From assembly GCA_951406725.2 (NCBI GenBank), contig OX597822.1, forward strand, positions 112,902,001-112,966,000: 64,000 nt of DNA, given 5' to 3'. The DNA comes from Octopus vulgaris (lineage: Eukaryota). Below are positions 1 to 13,972 of the stretch, piece by piece; the stretch's first letter is position 1, and each line of letters starts with the position of its first letter. The notes under the pieces were generated by a model. The model saw only the letters and a list, made by a program, of their open reading frames with translations. It was not told the origin of the DNA and did not search any database. A program made the translations under genes and the position numbers.

Positions 1-213
1 TAAAACATACACAAAAAAATCGATTACTAAAACAGTTGGTTAATAATAGTTTAATGTAATCAACACTTGAAATCTTAAATGACATGTGAGAATTACTAGT
101 GTTATAAATCAGTCATATACAACTGTATATGTATATGCGCGTGCATGCGTGCAGATAACAACTCTATAAATATATTGCTATCATAAAAATGGTATCTCAT
201 TCGCATAAGAAAA

Positions 214-438
214 TTAGTAAATATAGAAAACAATGCTTCCATAATTAACTATTGGGTTGTCAAATACATTCGACTTCTTGTGAACGAAGAACTTATTATC
301 AACCGACTTGTTAAAAATAAGGATTGAAATAAATGGTAAGAAACTTGAAATTATCAGGCAGCCCAATATTAATTCGATATTGGGTCCTGTATGAGGAAAA
401 TTTTGTCTTGGAGTAGTATCGTACAAAAAATCAATTTC
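214..438 (-). CDS. Possible further exon of the chitin-synthase-like gene (PNIELILGCLIISSFLPFISIL); boundaries unresolved
   Basis: Hydrophobic stretch recalls the LPxLD..G.LL helix that follows the WP motif in chitin synthases. Acceptors at 438 (phase 0) or 386 (phase 1), but the upstream residues fit poorly and the frame stops at 214-216. Confidence 0.2.
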   Translation of the reverse strand, partial: EIDFLYDTTPRQNFPHTGPNIELILGCLIISSFLPFISILIFNKSVDNKFFVHKKSNVFDNPIVNYGSIVFYIY

Positions 439-678
439 CTGTTTGTGACTCAACACAATGAATTTTTAGGGGTAGAGGTAGGTTAATCTAATTAACGTAC
501 GGCTTGACTGGAATTAATTTATCAAGCCTTAAAATTTTGAAAGGAACATTAGACAAAGACGGTGCCGCAAAAAGAAAAAAAAGAAAGAAAGCAATTTTAT
601 GCAACACTCTGTAGATTTTTTCATTCTTATCATTAAACATCACTTAAATATTTATCCGTATGTTGATGTATTAAATAC

Positions 679-805
679 CGTGGAAAGATGTGACACAGTC
701 GGCCATTTTGTCCATTTCTTGACACAAATGAAGGAGGTACCCCACACGCAGTGAGCTATGTTAAACAAGTGTGGAATTTCCAGCACAATACAAACACAGA
801 TGTAC
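679..805 (-). CDS. Internal coding exon, chitin-synthase-like N-terminal TM region ((W)YICVCIVLEIPHLFNIAHCVWGTSFICVKKWTKWPTVSHLST)
   Basis: Acceptor ttctttctgttacag, donor ACG|gtattt. Open in the phase-2 frame required by the 3011-3126 exon. W...V...P..F...C.W...F...WP pattern resembles animal chitin synthase N-termini (from memory). Confidence 0.6.
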
Positions 806-1189
806 CTGTAACAGAAAGAATATAACATTGATTAGTTTTCTAACAGAACGAAAAAAAAAACCCTGTTTCCTTTCATCAACAATATTTCAGTTTAAAAGGA
901 TGCAATTTTCAATTTCGTAACTCACTTCTTTTACTCCATTAATGTGACACTATACAGAAGAGTGTAATCCATGAATTACCGAAAGGGGTCAACATTTAAT
1001 GTTAAACGTTAGTTAATAATGGAGGACTGCTACATGTGGTTTATTGTGGACAACTGTCTTTCTGATCAGTAAATCTCTACTTTTCTGTCTTCGCTTAATC
1101 CTTTAAGCGATATTTAGAGACTAAAAACTAAGTAGATACACGAAAACTAGTTTTGATAGAATATCAGAATTCCGGGATTAACATTCCCT

Positions 1190-1480
1190 TTAGAGGGTGG
1201 TGGTGATATGAATAGTGGTGGTGTTGGTGGAGCTGTTATGGTGATGGTAATGATATTGGGCAAGGATGACAATGTTGAGGATGATGAAAGCGATGTCGTG
1301 GCGGCGGCTTGGGAGTTGAAGCTGGTAACGTGTAGCAGTGGTGAAGACAGTTTGATAGTGGTAGGGATGGTAGCGGCAGCGGCAGCGGTGGCGGCGCTGG
1401 TGGTGGTGGTGGTGATGATGACGATGATATTAATGATGGTGATGACGAGGAGAAGGAGGAGGAAATTAATGTTGTTAGTA
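1190..1480. repeat. Degenerate GGT/GAT/GGC trinucleotide low-complexity tract
   Basis: Cryptic triplet periodicity; explains the overlapping poly-V/T/P ORFs. Confidence 0.8.
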
Positions 1481-1629
1481 CGTTCACTAGAGGCTACGTG
1501 AAAAGTACGGCATGAACAGAACACGGAAACACGATGCACCCACAAATATCTAAGAAACAAGATGAAAAAAAAGCGTAAACAACTGGGAAATGAAACTACC
1601 ACATGAGTAATACCTCAGAGAAATCGAAA

Positions 1630-2455
1630 GAGAAGTCAAGATCTGAAAGTGATCTGAAAGGATGCACTGAGGCAGAGATGTGCAGAGCCCAGGAACAAGC
1701 TCTGATAACTAATTACACCAAGTTCCAAATGGATAAGAATAGCGAATCGCCCCTGTGACAGCAGAAACGAAACAATCTCACATATTGGGAATGAGTGTAG
1801 GAATTTGGCCCCAAAACACTACAAAAGGACGATAACGTGGCTAAGTTCGTTCACTGGAAGCTTCGTGAAAAGTACGGCCTGAACAGAGAATAGAAGTGGT
1901 ATGAACATGTACCAGAAAGAGTCACTTAGAACAAGGAATATAAGATACTGTGGGATTTTACAATCCGATGTGACTCCCTAATCGAGGATCGGAAACCAGA
2001 TATTGTGGTAGATAAAGGAAAAAAGGGAACCAAGATCATAGATATTGCAATACCTGAAGATGCACGTATAAGTGACAAAGAACGAGACGAGATTGTAAAG
2101 TACCGATTACTAAAAGACGAAATTGCAAGAATGTGGACTAAGAGGAGAGTGTCTGTCATTTCAATAGGTGTAAGGAAACGTGGAGCACTAACAACCAAGT
2201 TCGAGAAATATGTCAAAGAAAACGGAATTGGTATGAAAGCAGAGTAAGCCCCCAAACTGCTCTGCTGGGGACAGCTAGGATTTTGAGATTAGTACTTAGA
2301 TGTTACATGTCTTCCACGAGAATGAACAACCAAGTATCAAAGTTTATAATGTGCGGAAAGAGACCCTGTGAGACCTCTGACTGCAAGCTACTGTCCGTTC
2401 TCACAGAATCTACCAGAACAAACAAGACAGAACTTTTTGAGAATTGAAACAACAA
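1630..2455 (+). mobile_element. Degenerate 3' fragment of an R4/Dong-type non-LTR retrotransposon (restriction-like endonuclease)
   Basis: AQEQAL..., ETISHI..EC, DNVAKFVHWKL, KWYEHVPE, ILWDF, KPDIVV...IIDIAIP...KY..L motifs with stops and frameshifts. Confidence 0.85.
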
Positions 2456-3010
2456 TACCAATGAAAATTTCGGTATTTTCCAGTATTTTGCAAATTGTGA
2501 AAGAGTAACCACATTCTGTGTCCACCCGAAAAATTGTGGTATGTAATATTCATATCACACCTTGAACGTTCATATGTTTGGTACGTCATCTTACAGCAAG
2601 TGGGAGAAAATCGGTTTGTTATGAAACCTTATAAGAAGGTACAATAAAATTTCTTTTTGATGTCCTTACACCACCAGGACTGCTTCCTCGCAATTTGACC
2701 AGTCTCTACGCAGTCGGATCTCTTCTGTACAGTTCGGGCAACCTTCACAGGTTTCGAAAGTCTGGACCCCAGGCGGAAAGGTGAAGAGGGATGTGAGAAA
2801 AGAAGAATGAGAGAATGGAAATAATCCTCGCTGTCTGTTCTGGATAATGCAACAACTGTGTCGTGATGTTTCTGCCTCCATTTTCTTTCTATCTTCTAAA
2901 CCAAATATAACAAACTATTGTTCATAAGACAATACAATCTTATCCAGGATATAGTAATAGTATAGTAAATATTCTTGAAAAAATATAAAGCATTTTCATT
3001 CGTTACTTAC

Positions 3011-3126
3011 CAAGTAGACGAGGATATTTCTTCAAATTTATGAAGGTGCAACAATGAGATTAGTGCTACATGTCCTGTGGTCATAGATACCCACATGACA
3101 ATAAAAAGCAGTACTGCGAAGCCAGC
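3011..3126 (-). CDS. Internal coding exon, TM helix (AGFAVLLFIVMWVSMTTGHVALISLLHLHKFEEISSST), chitin-synthase-like
   Basis: Acceptor ttcttattttctag, consensus donor TTG|gtaagt. Only one open frame (phase 0 in, phase 2 out). Confidence 0.65.
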
Positions 3127-4279
3127 CTAGAAAATAAGAATTATATAGAAGAATAGGAATCTGATTTTTGTTATTGATTTTTGCGCGAGTTTATTGTTCG
3201 GTATCAATATTGGTTAACAGCTAAATCTAGATCATACAAACTTCTTAGCGAGTCCATAGTATGAAATCTATAAAAAAATTTCGACAAAGCTCTACGTAAA
3301 CATCCGTGAAATTTGGTCCAGCACTGACCTTAGCGACACACAAAACTTACATCCTAATTTTCCAACTTTTGATCCATCTCTAGCATATTTCAACTATATA
3401 CTCAGCTTTTAATTTGTATTAATGTATAGTTTGGAGAATCACTATGTTGAAGACAACAATGCTTAGTATTCATTGACGGATGTATTTATTAGGAAAGGCC
3501 AAGTCTTTACACTGTTACTTTCTACTTCACGTGTTGCTACTAAATTAATTCTGGCGTGACAAACGTCAGCATAACTCAGCAAATAGTACATTTGCTGTTT
3601 CCTAGATACAACAAAAAAAGTTTCGGTTTATCTCCAAATGACCAAAACGGTGTCTGTCACCGAAGAGGCAGAATCATGCCGAAACACTATGTCTGATAGG
3701 CTGTCGTATTACTTGAAGCAAGGGTCGAAGTGTTTTTACACACAAATACTACAGAGAATTTTTTTAGCCGAGACAAAAGCCTGCAGTGAATGCCTTTCAC
3801 GTTCTGATGGACAGGACCATATTAAAAATAAATGTACACGTCTTGTATTGCCCCTCGCTACTCGTGTGCCTAAATTAATTTCAGGGTAGCAAACCTAAGT
3901 AAACACCAGTGCAACATTTTCGAGAGTTTAAATAGAACCCGTGGCCTCGGTTTAATTCTAATTTGAAAACATATCAAAAATGTTGTGAAGAAAAGTATTT
4001 CCCTTAGGATATTAGTTTTCCCCTAGGATATAAGTTTTCTTATCTATATAAGGAATATTTATTGTTTGAATAGAGTACATGGAATAAGACAAGTTACACT
4101 GGTTAAGGATGAAGATTCGTAAAGTTGTATTGAGATAATGAAACGTGAGGCTATGTATAGCATGTGTTCAGGCTCTAAATTCTGCCAAATAAATTTCACC
4201 TTTCACACAACCTGAGTAATATATAAATCATATCCCTTCGATTTAAGTGGCTTTATGCTGGGTGGGAAGTTGTGATATA

Positions 4280-4661
4280 GGAAGCACTCCGTCGGTTACG
4301 ACGACGAGGGTTCCGGTTGATCCGATCAACGGAACAGCCTGCTCGTGAAATTAACTTGTAAGTGGCTGAGCACTCCACAGACACGTGTACCCTTAACGTA
4401 GTTCTCAGGGATATTCAGCGTGACACAGAGAGTGACAAAGCCGGCCCTTTGAAATACAGGTACAACAGAAACAGGAAGTAAGAGTGAGAGAAAGTTGTGG
4501 TGAAACAGTACAGCAGGGATCACCACCATCCCTGCCGGAGCCTCGTAGAGCTTTAGGTGTTTTCGCTCAATAAACATTCACAACGCCCGGTCTGGGAATC
4601 GAAACTGCCATCCTACGACCGCGAGTCCGCTGCCCTAACCACTGGGCCATTGCGCCTCCAC
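4280..4661 (-). mobile_element. tRNA-derived SINE, family A body with tail type 1
   Basis: Head GGAGGCGCAATGGCCCAGTGGTTAGG with A/B boxes; multiple copies in window. Confidence 0.9.
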
Positions 4662-4784
4662 AGCTATGATATACATTCTGTTTAAATCAGAATCTTTGTC
4701 AATTAAAATAATAAGCATACAACATAATTTTGTTAATACAGTTTTGTGGTTTCTTCCCACGAGAGCTTGGTTTGAAGCATCAAG

Positions 4785-4990
4785 AAATACTGGTTTCAAA
4801 TTTTGGCACAAGGCCAGCAATTTCAAGGTAGGGGGTAACCCAGTGCTCAATGGGTATCTATTTTATCGCCTCCGAAGGATGAAAGATAAAGTCGACCTCG
4901 GCGGAATTTCAACACGGAATGTAAAGACAGACAAAATGCCACTAAGCATTAATTCAGCGCGCTAATGATTCCGCCAGTTCACCATCTTAA
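4785..4990 (-). mobile_element. tRNA-derived SINE, family C
   Basis: AATTCCGCCGAGGTCGACTTT...TCATCCTTCGG core shared with other copies in window. Confidence 0.8.
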
Positions 4991-5072
4991 TAAGCATCAA
5001 GAAATATCAACAGTATATGATACAGGTTGAATTACCATTTTCCTAAGAACAAGTTAAACCATGTTATTCAAA

Positions 5073-5464
5073 TCTTTATATATAAAAGTGAGGTTGTGTG
5101 CTGTCTGTCTCCTACGATTTAGATTCCTAACTACTCCCATATTTTGCGGTGCAGTTTAACCAAAATCGGGTACCTTATAGTCGTAATTCATATCGAGCCC
5201 TTCTGGGTATTAGCGCGCGTCTACGATGAGTCTACGATTTTAAAAAAAATTTACGATCAATTTTTTCCATTTTTAATGCATTTTTGGCATATATAAGGGA
5301 AGTAACTCTCTAAAAATTTATTATTAAATCTCAGAACGTAAAAAGCTACAGTAACACCCCGCCCTTTATGGTTAGCCATATTGAGATGGCTTTTATACTT
5401 TACATCTCTAAAAATGCTTATATAGTTATTTCCCTTACAAACCCGAGCCGGGCGATACTGCTAG
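5073..5464 (+). mobile_element. Non-autonomous Helitron
   Basis: A|TC 5' end, GC hairpin CCCG..CGGG near the 3' end, CTAG|T terminus, no TSD. 3' end shared with 13169-13551. Confidence 0.8.
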
Positions 5465-5553
5465 TTCAAATATAAAATACAAATGAAACAAGTTTCAGCA
5501 CGGAGTAAAAAGACATACATTTATCGTCCGCAAATGTTATAACATTTACTTAC

Positions 5554-5615
5554 CGTTTGCCTTTGGTAGTTATTGTTCGGTGACGACATTTCCTTCTCTT
5601 CCTTTGTATTTTAAA
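5554..5615 (-). CDS. Candidate start-codon exon (ATG at 5589, MSSPNNNYQRQT) of the chitin-synthase-like gene
   Basis: Acceptor tttatacttctag, donor ACG|gtaagt, in-frame TAA upstream of the ATG, phase-0 end matching the 3126 exon. Confidence 0.45.
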
Positions 5616-5778
5616 CTAGAAGTATAAACTGCTTCGTTCTTTAAAAGAATGTTTATTTAAGAAATATGAGTCAAGATGTTGGTTATATAAACGATGGAGA
5701 ATATAAAATACTCTACCAGCCAACTGAAACTGAAACATACTTTGAATTCCGCTTTGAATGTTATTTTATTACAGCAAG

Positions 5779-6144
5779 ACAAAAGTTATAATTCGTTTTG
5801 GGATTTGGTTTGCAAGATTCTTTATGTGAGTTCGTGTGTTGAAGCATATTTTGTTGTTGTCCGGGGAGAGTCATTTTCTTTTTGTGTCTTATAATGTAAC
5901 GCACTCACCGGTAAAATTTCCACTTATTTCTTCTTTTTATTTTCTAAATTTTTCGTTGCGTCTTGCAACTTTTTCAATAGTCTTTTCAACAGGCAGAGTC
6001 AAGACTATTGAAAAGGTTGCAAGACGTAACGATAAGTTTAGGAATATAAAAATAAGAAATAAGTGGAAATTTTACCGGTGAGTGTGTTACATTATAAGGC
6101 ACAAAAAGAAAATGACTCTCCCGTGACACAACAAAAGTTATAAT
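5779..6144. mobile_element. Fold-back element 1 (about 135-bp arms, tail, 14-bp TSD)
   Basis: Arms 5849-5984 and 6001-6136; direct repeat ACAAAAGTTATAAT at 5779-5792 and 6131-6144. Confidence 0.85.
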
Positions 6145-6327
6145 ATCCTTCACATTAAAGTGCAAAGCCTTTGAGAAATTCATAGAAAATATCATTTTTG
6201 AATAACAAGAGTGGTAATACAAGCAGTAGACTTAAGACAAACGGATAACGCGAACGCTTTCATTCCTTAATTAAAATCATAGTGCCGTTAGCAATTATAC
6301 GTATATATAAATATATGATATGCGCAC

Positions 6328-6465
6328 GCGTGGCTGTGTGGTAAGAATTTTGCTTTCCAGTCACATGTTTCACATGTGACACCATGGGCAAGTGTCCTCT
6401 ACTCTAGCCTTGAGCTGACCAAAGCCTTATGAATGGAGTTGGTAGACGGAAAGGAAAAGCGGTCA

Positions 6466-6536
<71 letters not shown>

Positions 6537-6653
6537 TGTGCGTGTGTGTGCGTGCGTGCGTGTTTGTATGAGACTGTTGTTGGTGTGTTTACGTTCCCGG
6601 ACCTAGCGGTTCGGCAAAAGACTAAACGTTCTCCAAGGTGATAAAATATAAGG

Positions 6654-6655
<2 letters not shown>
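6328..6655 (+). mobile_element. SINE family B with internal (TG)n
   Basis: GTGGCTGTGTGGTAAG head; CCATGGGCAAGTG...GACCAAAGCCTT core. Confidence 0.85.
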
Positions 6656-6728
<73 letters not shown>

Positions 6729-6819
6729 GTATATGTATATATATAATTTATATTCGTATATATACATATAAATTAAATGGTATTAATAATACATATACAA
6801 ATAGAAGTATTTATATATG

Positions 6820-6875
<56 letters not shown>

Positions 6876-8027
6876 ATATTTTCAATTCAAGAAGAAGCTC
6901 ATGTGTTATCATATATAACACAGACTAATATTAGCAAGGCATATAATAAAAGTATAATATTTAATAATTAACCATAAAAACCTATTCAGTAATTTCATAT
7001 CCTAATACACTTTATGATTAGTGATTGCAATTTAATTTGGTTACATTTCAAATATAGATAAAATATTGTCCATACACACCAGAGAGGAAATATATGAAAG
7101 TCTAAAAATTCTAATGATTAGCATGAGTTCGTTTTACTTATACTCTTCAAAAATGCAAATATATCAATATGCTTCACTCCTGTCTCATTCAACAGCTTAA
7201 GTGCTGCATGTTTGTTTGAAAAATTCAGTTGTAAATAGTGAATGATAACGTTTTAGATTAATCAGATTTGGAAGATTAATTTACTTAGTTTGAAATGAGG
7301 CTGAAATAATTATTTTGAAGACTTCGTATGGATACAATTTTGGAAACCAAATTATGGTTCTTTTCTGATTGGTATATTGTCTTTTCTCGTGAATGTTGTT
7401 TTGTAAGACAGTCTCACTTAAGTGATGGTCGTATGACTCGAACGAAAAGATATAAACGTTAAACATGGTAATAAAATTTTATACTGGAGAATAGTAAAGC
7501 AGCGTAAAGCAAGACGAAAGTAAGCTCCAAAGAGTCGCAGGTTTGATTCTGAATGGTAACCACCTAATGGTAGAAATGTTTTGGGGGAAAAATCTAAAGA
7601 CACAGTTTCTGTTCAGTTTTCTTAAAATAATTAGTGCATTCAAAAGTAATCAATGATATAAATATCAATGATCTAAAGGAGACCAAGTTTAATTAAAAGA
7701 TCATGGAACTACAATAGACTGAATGCACGAAGAGATAAATTTTGGGATTATTATTTATTCTCTTTAAACAATTCTTCCTGGCTTCCACAATGAAACAGAG
7801 TTTTACTCACAGCCAAACGATACATAATTACTAAATATTGGGAATAAAACAAGTTGGATATTTACCCATTCATCTATTTATTTCAAGTATCCGTTTTTTC
7901 TAAACTTTAGCAACTTCGGTCAAATGAAAACAACCAGCAGGAATCAAACAAATGTATATACTACCAAATATATATATACATATATATATGTATATATATT
8001 AATCGTAAGTGGTCCTTCTGGATATGT

Positions 8028-8512
8028 GATCATAAATAGTGACTTTTTGTACCACTATTAGTTAGCTTTCCGTGCCAGGTGAAACACTTCAGGCCGGAGT
8101 TGAGGGACACCCACCTTCTGAGATGTCACCGCTTCGTATTATATCAATAGCACAAAAATACTGTTTCGTTGTAACTTTTGTTTTCGCTAACCTCAAAGGG
8201 TTGAACAGTGTCACCGAATATAAGAAATATTGAAAGTAAAATATTTCATGTTACCAAAAGTGGACGGAACGTGACCTATTATGGAATTTAAAATTGACAC
8301 TTCACCGTCTCTAACGCTGATTCGTGCTCCGTACAATAATTTGATGTAGACCTCCATCTTGTAGCACCAACAATGAATTGTTTGCAGAATCCCCTATTTC
8401 CCTCTCCCCCTCTCTCCCTCTTTTCCTCTCTCGCCCCTCTCTCCTTCTTTTCCTCTCTCTCGCTCCATTTCTGTGAGAGAGATTTCTTTACTCATCTATA
8501 TGGCTTCGATTA
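8028..8512. repeat. About 480-bp dispersed repeat; inverted copy at 45473-46394
   Basis: Co-linear reverse-complement match, e.g. GTTACCAAAAGTGGACGGAACGTGACCTATTATGG. Confidence 0.85.
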
Positions 8513-8516
8513 ACTA

Positions 8517-9418
8517 CGAGGGGCTACCCAAAAGAAACTGGAATTTTACAGTATTATTTTATTCACTTAGTTTTACCTTTACACTTTTATCGCCTTCGAA
8601 ATATTTTCCATTTGAGGGCAATGCATCGGTCCATAATTCGAAGCTGTCCTGGAACTCTTGCAAAGTGATGCCTTTTAACGTCTCTGACGTTTTTTACTTC
8701 ATATTTTCCACATCTGCAAATTACGCAACACCAGCTTCTGTCACCAGTGATAGCCTTCGAGAAAAAGTCCGGATCAACTTCCGACTGTTCATTCAGTTCG
8801 CGACACGCATTCAGTCGTGAATGCTTTTGATCTTCCTTGAATATGTGAGGCACAAATTTTGCTGTAATTCTTTTATTTACAATTCCTCGCTCAAAGTTCG
8901 TTGGCAGGAGCTCCAGGACACACCAGTCATATCAACAAGTTCATCAATTGTTCAGTGATGGTCCTCCAAGATCTGTTCATTAGTTTTCATAATGTTTTCA
9001 TTCGTTCGCGGGGTGGGAGTCGATGAGGTCGTCCTGAACGAGGTTAGTCTTCAATCGACAAGTGACCATTCCTAGGGCGTGGAAAGTACTCGTAAGCTTG
9101 AGTTTTGCACATGACGGCGTCCTTGTAAGCTGTCTGAAGCATGGCTACTGTTTCGACCGCAGTTTTTTCCCAACAGAAAACAGAATTTCACGGAAGCGTG
9201 CTGTTCCTTCGTTTCAGTCATAGCAAAAATCGGGGAACAGGGGAGAAGCATTGCAAAACAAAGACGCACCACGTGGCAGTACAACATCTTCACTCGAAGA
9301 CGCCGATCGGCAGACTGATGCCTGAGGGTCGCATCCAGTGTCTTCTAGCGGCGGAATCCTGAACTACAATGTGTTTGTCCCATAGAGAATGTTTCCGGTT
9401 ACTTTGTGTACCCTCTCG
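8517..9418 (-). mobile_element. Internally deleted mariner transposon
   Basis: About 26-bp imperfect TIRs; transposase remnants EQHASVKFCFLLGK, PRSGRP, VPH, ITGDxSW. Confidence 0.85.
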
Positions 9419-9734
9419 GATGTTTTTCATTTTCCTGACAAAAATAAGAAACAATCCAATAGTCGTTTGATCATATTATGAGCTGCTGAACGAAATATAG
9501 TCTTCACAGTACCTCCAAAAATTTGGGTGGATTAATATCTAAGTAATTATACACGATTGTACACTAACTTAGAGAAATAAAGTTGTCTAAAGAATAAGCA
9601 ATCTTGTTTCCGGGTACCATAACGTATACAATCTAATAAAATGACTTAGTGACTCCTCATTACTTCAAGGGGTTTAAATTTAACCGACTGGAGAAGTAAA
9701 TGAACATACACGCATACATACATATATACATACA

Positions 9735-9768
<34 letters not shown>

Positions 9769-9835
9769 CATACATACATAATTAATACATACATACATAT
9801 ACATACATACATACATACATATATACATACATACA

Positions 9836-9869
<34 letters not shown>

Positions 9870-10220
9870 CATACATACATAATTAATACATACGTACATA
9901 TATACATACATATATACATGCATACATACATGCACACATATATGTGTTCGCATATGATGTGCGTGAATATTATAGCACTTACATATCCATACTCTGCATT
10001 CATTGAGTGGAATACATAAATTACATTTCCTTAGTGAGTAATACATCCTGTTTTATGAATGATAGTATATTGTGTAAGAAAATCAAACATTTAATAAATT
10101 GAGAATGAAAAAAGTATGATATTAAAGGCCATACGCTCTGACCTTCCTGATTCAACTATATCTCTGGTGATGGCTATTGGGGTGGTAGTAGAAAATGACG
10201 TACTGAATGGCACAATAAAA

Positions 10221-10462
10221 AATGCGCCCTTTTAAAGCCTAGCCAGGCTCATGGGCCCGGTTTCCCGGTTTCTATGGCGTATGTGTTCCACAGCTGGATG
10301 GGACGCCAGTCCATCGCAGCGTTACTCATTTTTGCCAGCTGAGTGGACTGGAGCAACGTGAAATGAAGTGTTTTGCTCAAGAACACAACGCGTCGCCCGG
10401 TCCAGGAATCGAAACCACAATCTTACGGTCATGATGCTGACACCCTAACCACTAAGCCACAC
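10221..10462 (-). mobile_element. tRNA-derived SINE, CORE-like body with tail type 2
   Basis: GTGGCTTAGTGGTTAGG head, TCTTGAGCAAAACACTT body, CTGCGATGGACTGGCGTCCC tail. Confidence 0.85.
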
Positions 10463-10726
10463 AGCAGGCAGCGCGTCAGTCTCATAATGCAAAATTGAAT
10501 GGCATAATGTACTTTATATATTTTGGTTGAACTGGCTGTATAAAACGTTGCTTTTCATTTCCTTAAAGGTTTATAAAAGAAATACCAGTAATATATGTGC
10601 CATTACTCTAAGCAATGATTCGGCATCTAATGACGGTTAAGTAAATGCACCAAAGAGTCCTGCAAGCCGTTACAAAGTAGATGTTGTAAAGCGAGAGCCT
10701 GACAATGAAGGTTAAATTTCTTTATT

Positions 10727-11049
<323 letters not shown>

Positions 11050-11053
11050 AATA

Positions 11054-11601
<548 letters not shown>

Positions 11602-11615
11602 CATTATTATTATTA

Positions 11616-11821
<206 letters not shown>

Positions 11822-12087
11822 CACATGTATTTCTCATCAAGTTTGCACTTTCCAGCTGTGGCTCAAAATTCAGTTTACGGGTCAGTCGGTCTATTCCCAT
11901 TTCTAGTACATACGTTTTTATGATTGAGAAACCGATAAATAAACAACATCGATTCAACAGATAGTCTTTTGGTGTCATGTTTTCCAAGCTGTCGAACAAA
12001 GAGTGCCGTATTGGTTACATACAATTACAGCAGGAATAAAAGAATTACTTCAGTCATTATAGTATGCTTTTGAAGCAATATACAAGT

Positions 12088-12492
12088 AGGTGTAGGAGTG
12101 GCTGTGTGGTAAGTAGCTTGCTTACGAACCACATGGTTCCGGGTTCAGTCCTACTGCGTGGCACCTTGGGAAAGTATCTTCTACTATACCCTCGGGCCGA
12201 CCAAAGCCTTGTGAGGGGATTTGGTAGGCGGAAACTGAAAGAAGCCTGCCGTATATATGTATATATATATGTATGTGTATGTGTGTATATTTGAGTGTCT
12301 GTGTTTGTCCCCCCAACATCGCTTGACAACCGTTGCTGGTGTGTTTACGTCCCCGTAACTTAGCGGTTCTGCAAAAGACACCGATAGAATAAGTACTAGG
12401 CTTCCAAAGAATATGTCCTGGGGTTAATTTGCTCGACTAAAGGGCGGTGCTCCAGCATGGCCAGCATGGCCACAGTCAAAATGACTGAAACA
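12088..12492 (+). mobile_element. SINE family B, full length
   Basis: A/B boxes, core, internal TA/TG tract, CAGTCAAAATGACTG 3' hairpin. Confidence 0.9.
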
Positions 12493-13168
12493 TGTATACG
12501 TACATACATAATTAATACATACATATATACATACATACATACATATATACATATATGCATACATATACACATATATGTGTTCGCATATGATGTGCGTGAA
12601 TATTATAGTACTTACATATCCATACTTCTACATGCATGCACACACACACACACACACACACACACCAACACACATATACACACGCAAATATATATAAAGA
12701 GAGAATGAGAGAGGGGGAGAGAGAAAGAGTGAGAGATCCTTCGATTTTCCTCTTTATCACAAATTCACTAATTCTCCCCGATGAAACTTTTCTAAATTTA
12801 CACGCAAATTCAAAATCATATCAGATTAATGTATAAAGGGAAATAATCGGGTTTAAAGGCTTCCTCCGCTGTATGCATAAAGCATCTATGGTACATTTGA
12901 GATTTAAGATTCTGCCATATATATGTAGATGTGCATTGAATCTACTGGAACGCACACAATTTACATAACTAAATATTAATGAAAATAGCTAATAAAATTC
13001 GTCGACATTGAACACATTGCTTTCCCCTTACAGCTGTTTAAAATACAGCGGTAAAAGAATACTGTCGTAAATAAATAGCAGTCGGGGCAACTTGTTAGGG
13101 AGAGAGGACACAAAAAATCCTTTTACTACTGGCTAAAGGGACAAAAATACTCTGAATTTATAAAAGTA

Positions 13169-13551
13169 CTAGCAGTATCGCCCGGCGTTGCTCGGGTTTG
13201 TTTCGACCCTTTAGAATTGAAATTTTTGAAAAGTAAACATTTTGAATTATGTAGCTTGTTATTCTCTTTAAGGGAACATTTTTCTGGTTGAAATACACCG
13301 AAAAATGGCGACACGGCAGTCAAAAAATAGGGATTTTCATAGAAAAAAAAGCACCTTTTTTATGTAAATAATTTTTGGTGTTAACATGGTCCGATTTGAT
13401 TTTTTACTTCTACGGAATGAAGAGCAAGCCTTCTTCTATTATACTCTCAATTTTGGTCAACTTGCGCTGCAGGGTCTCGGAGGAGATAGCGTTAGTTGAA
13501 GGCTACCAAACCTGTCACGCACAGACAACTTCAGCTTTATATAGAGAGAGA
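13169..13551 (-). mobile_element. Non-autonomous Helitron
   Basis: TC...CCCGAGCAACGCCGGG hairpin...CTAG inserted in an A|T site. Confidence 0.85.
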
Positions 13552-13972
13552 TAAGGGAAACGTCTAGAAAGAGTTAGAAATAGGAACTATGAAAAATCAT
13601 TCGTCTATTGTTGTTTTGGTCGTATTAGTTTCTAAAACCAACTCGTACATAACTATTGTTAGGACCTAAGCGAACTAAAACAATAAAGTTTCACTCCCAA
13701 CAACAACCACCTCGGCTGAAACTGCTCGGTGTTATTGTTATTGCTGTTACTGAGTTTGTTTGCCACTGCTGCTGTTCCTATAGCTGAGTTGCTGCTGTTG
13801 CTGCTGTTGCTGCTGTTGCTGCTGCTGCTACTACTATTGCTGTTGTTGTTGCTAATGCTCTTACTCTCTCTCTCTCTCTCTCTCTCCTTTCTCTCTCAGC
13901 TTGACATGGATTTGCTCATGATGTCTCTTACAGCTGCCGGCCACGCGACTGATTATGACAGAATATTGTCTA

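Noticed and set aside
1147-1602. Overlapping Pro/Thr/Val-rich ORFs
   Set aside because: Cryptic trinucleotide low complexity.
3638-3889. 83-aa plus-strand ORF
   Set aside because: No motif or supporting splice structure.
9981-10047. Minus-strand exon candidate with gtaagt donor
   Set aside because: Weak acceptor, donor lies in a duplicated segment, no recognisable peptide.
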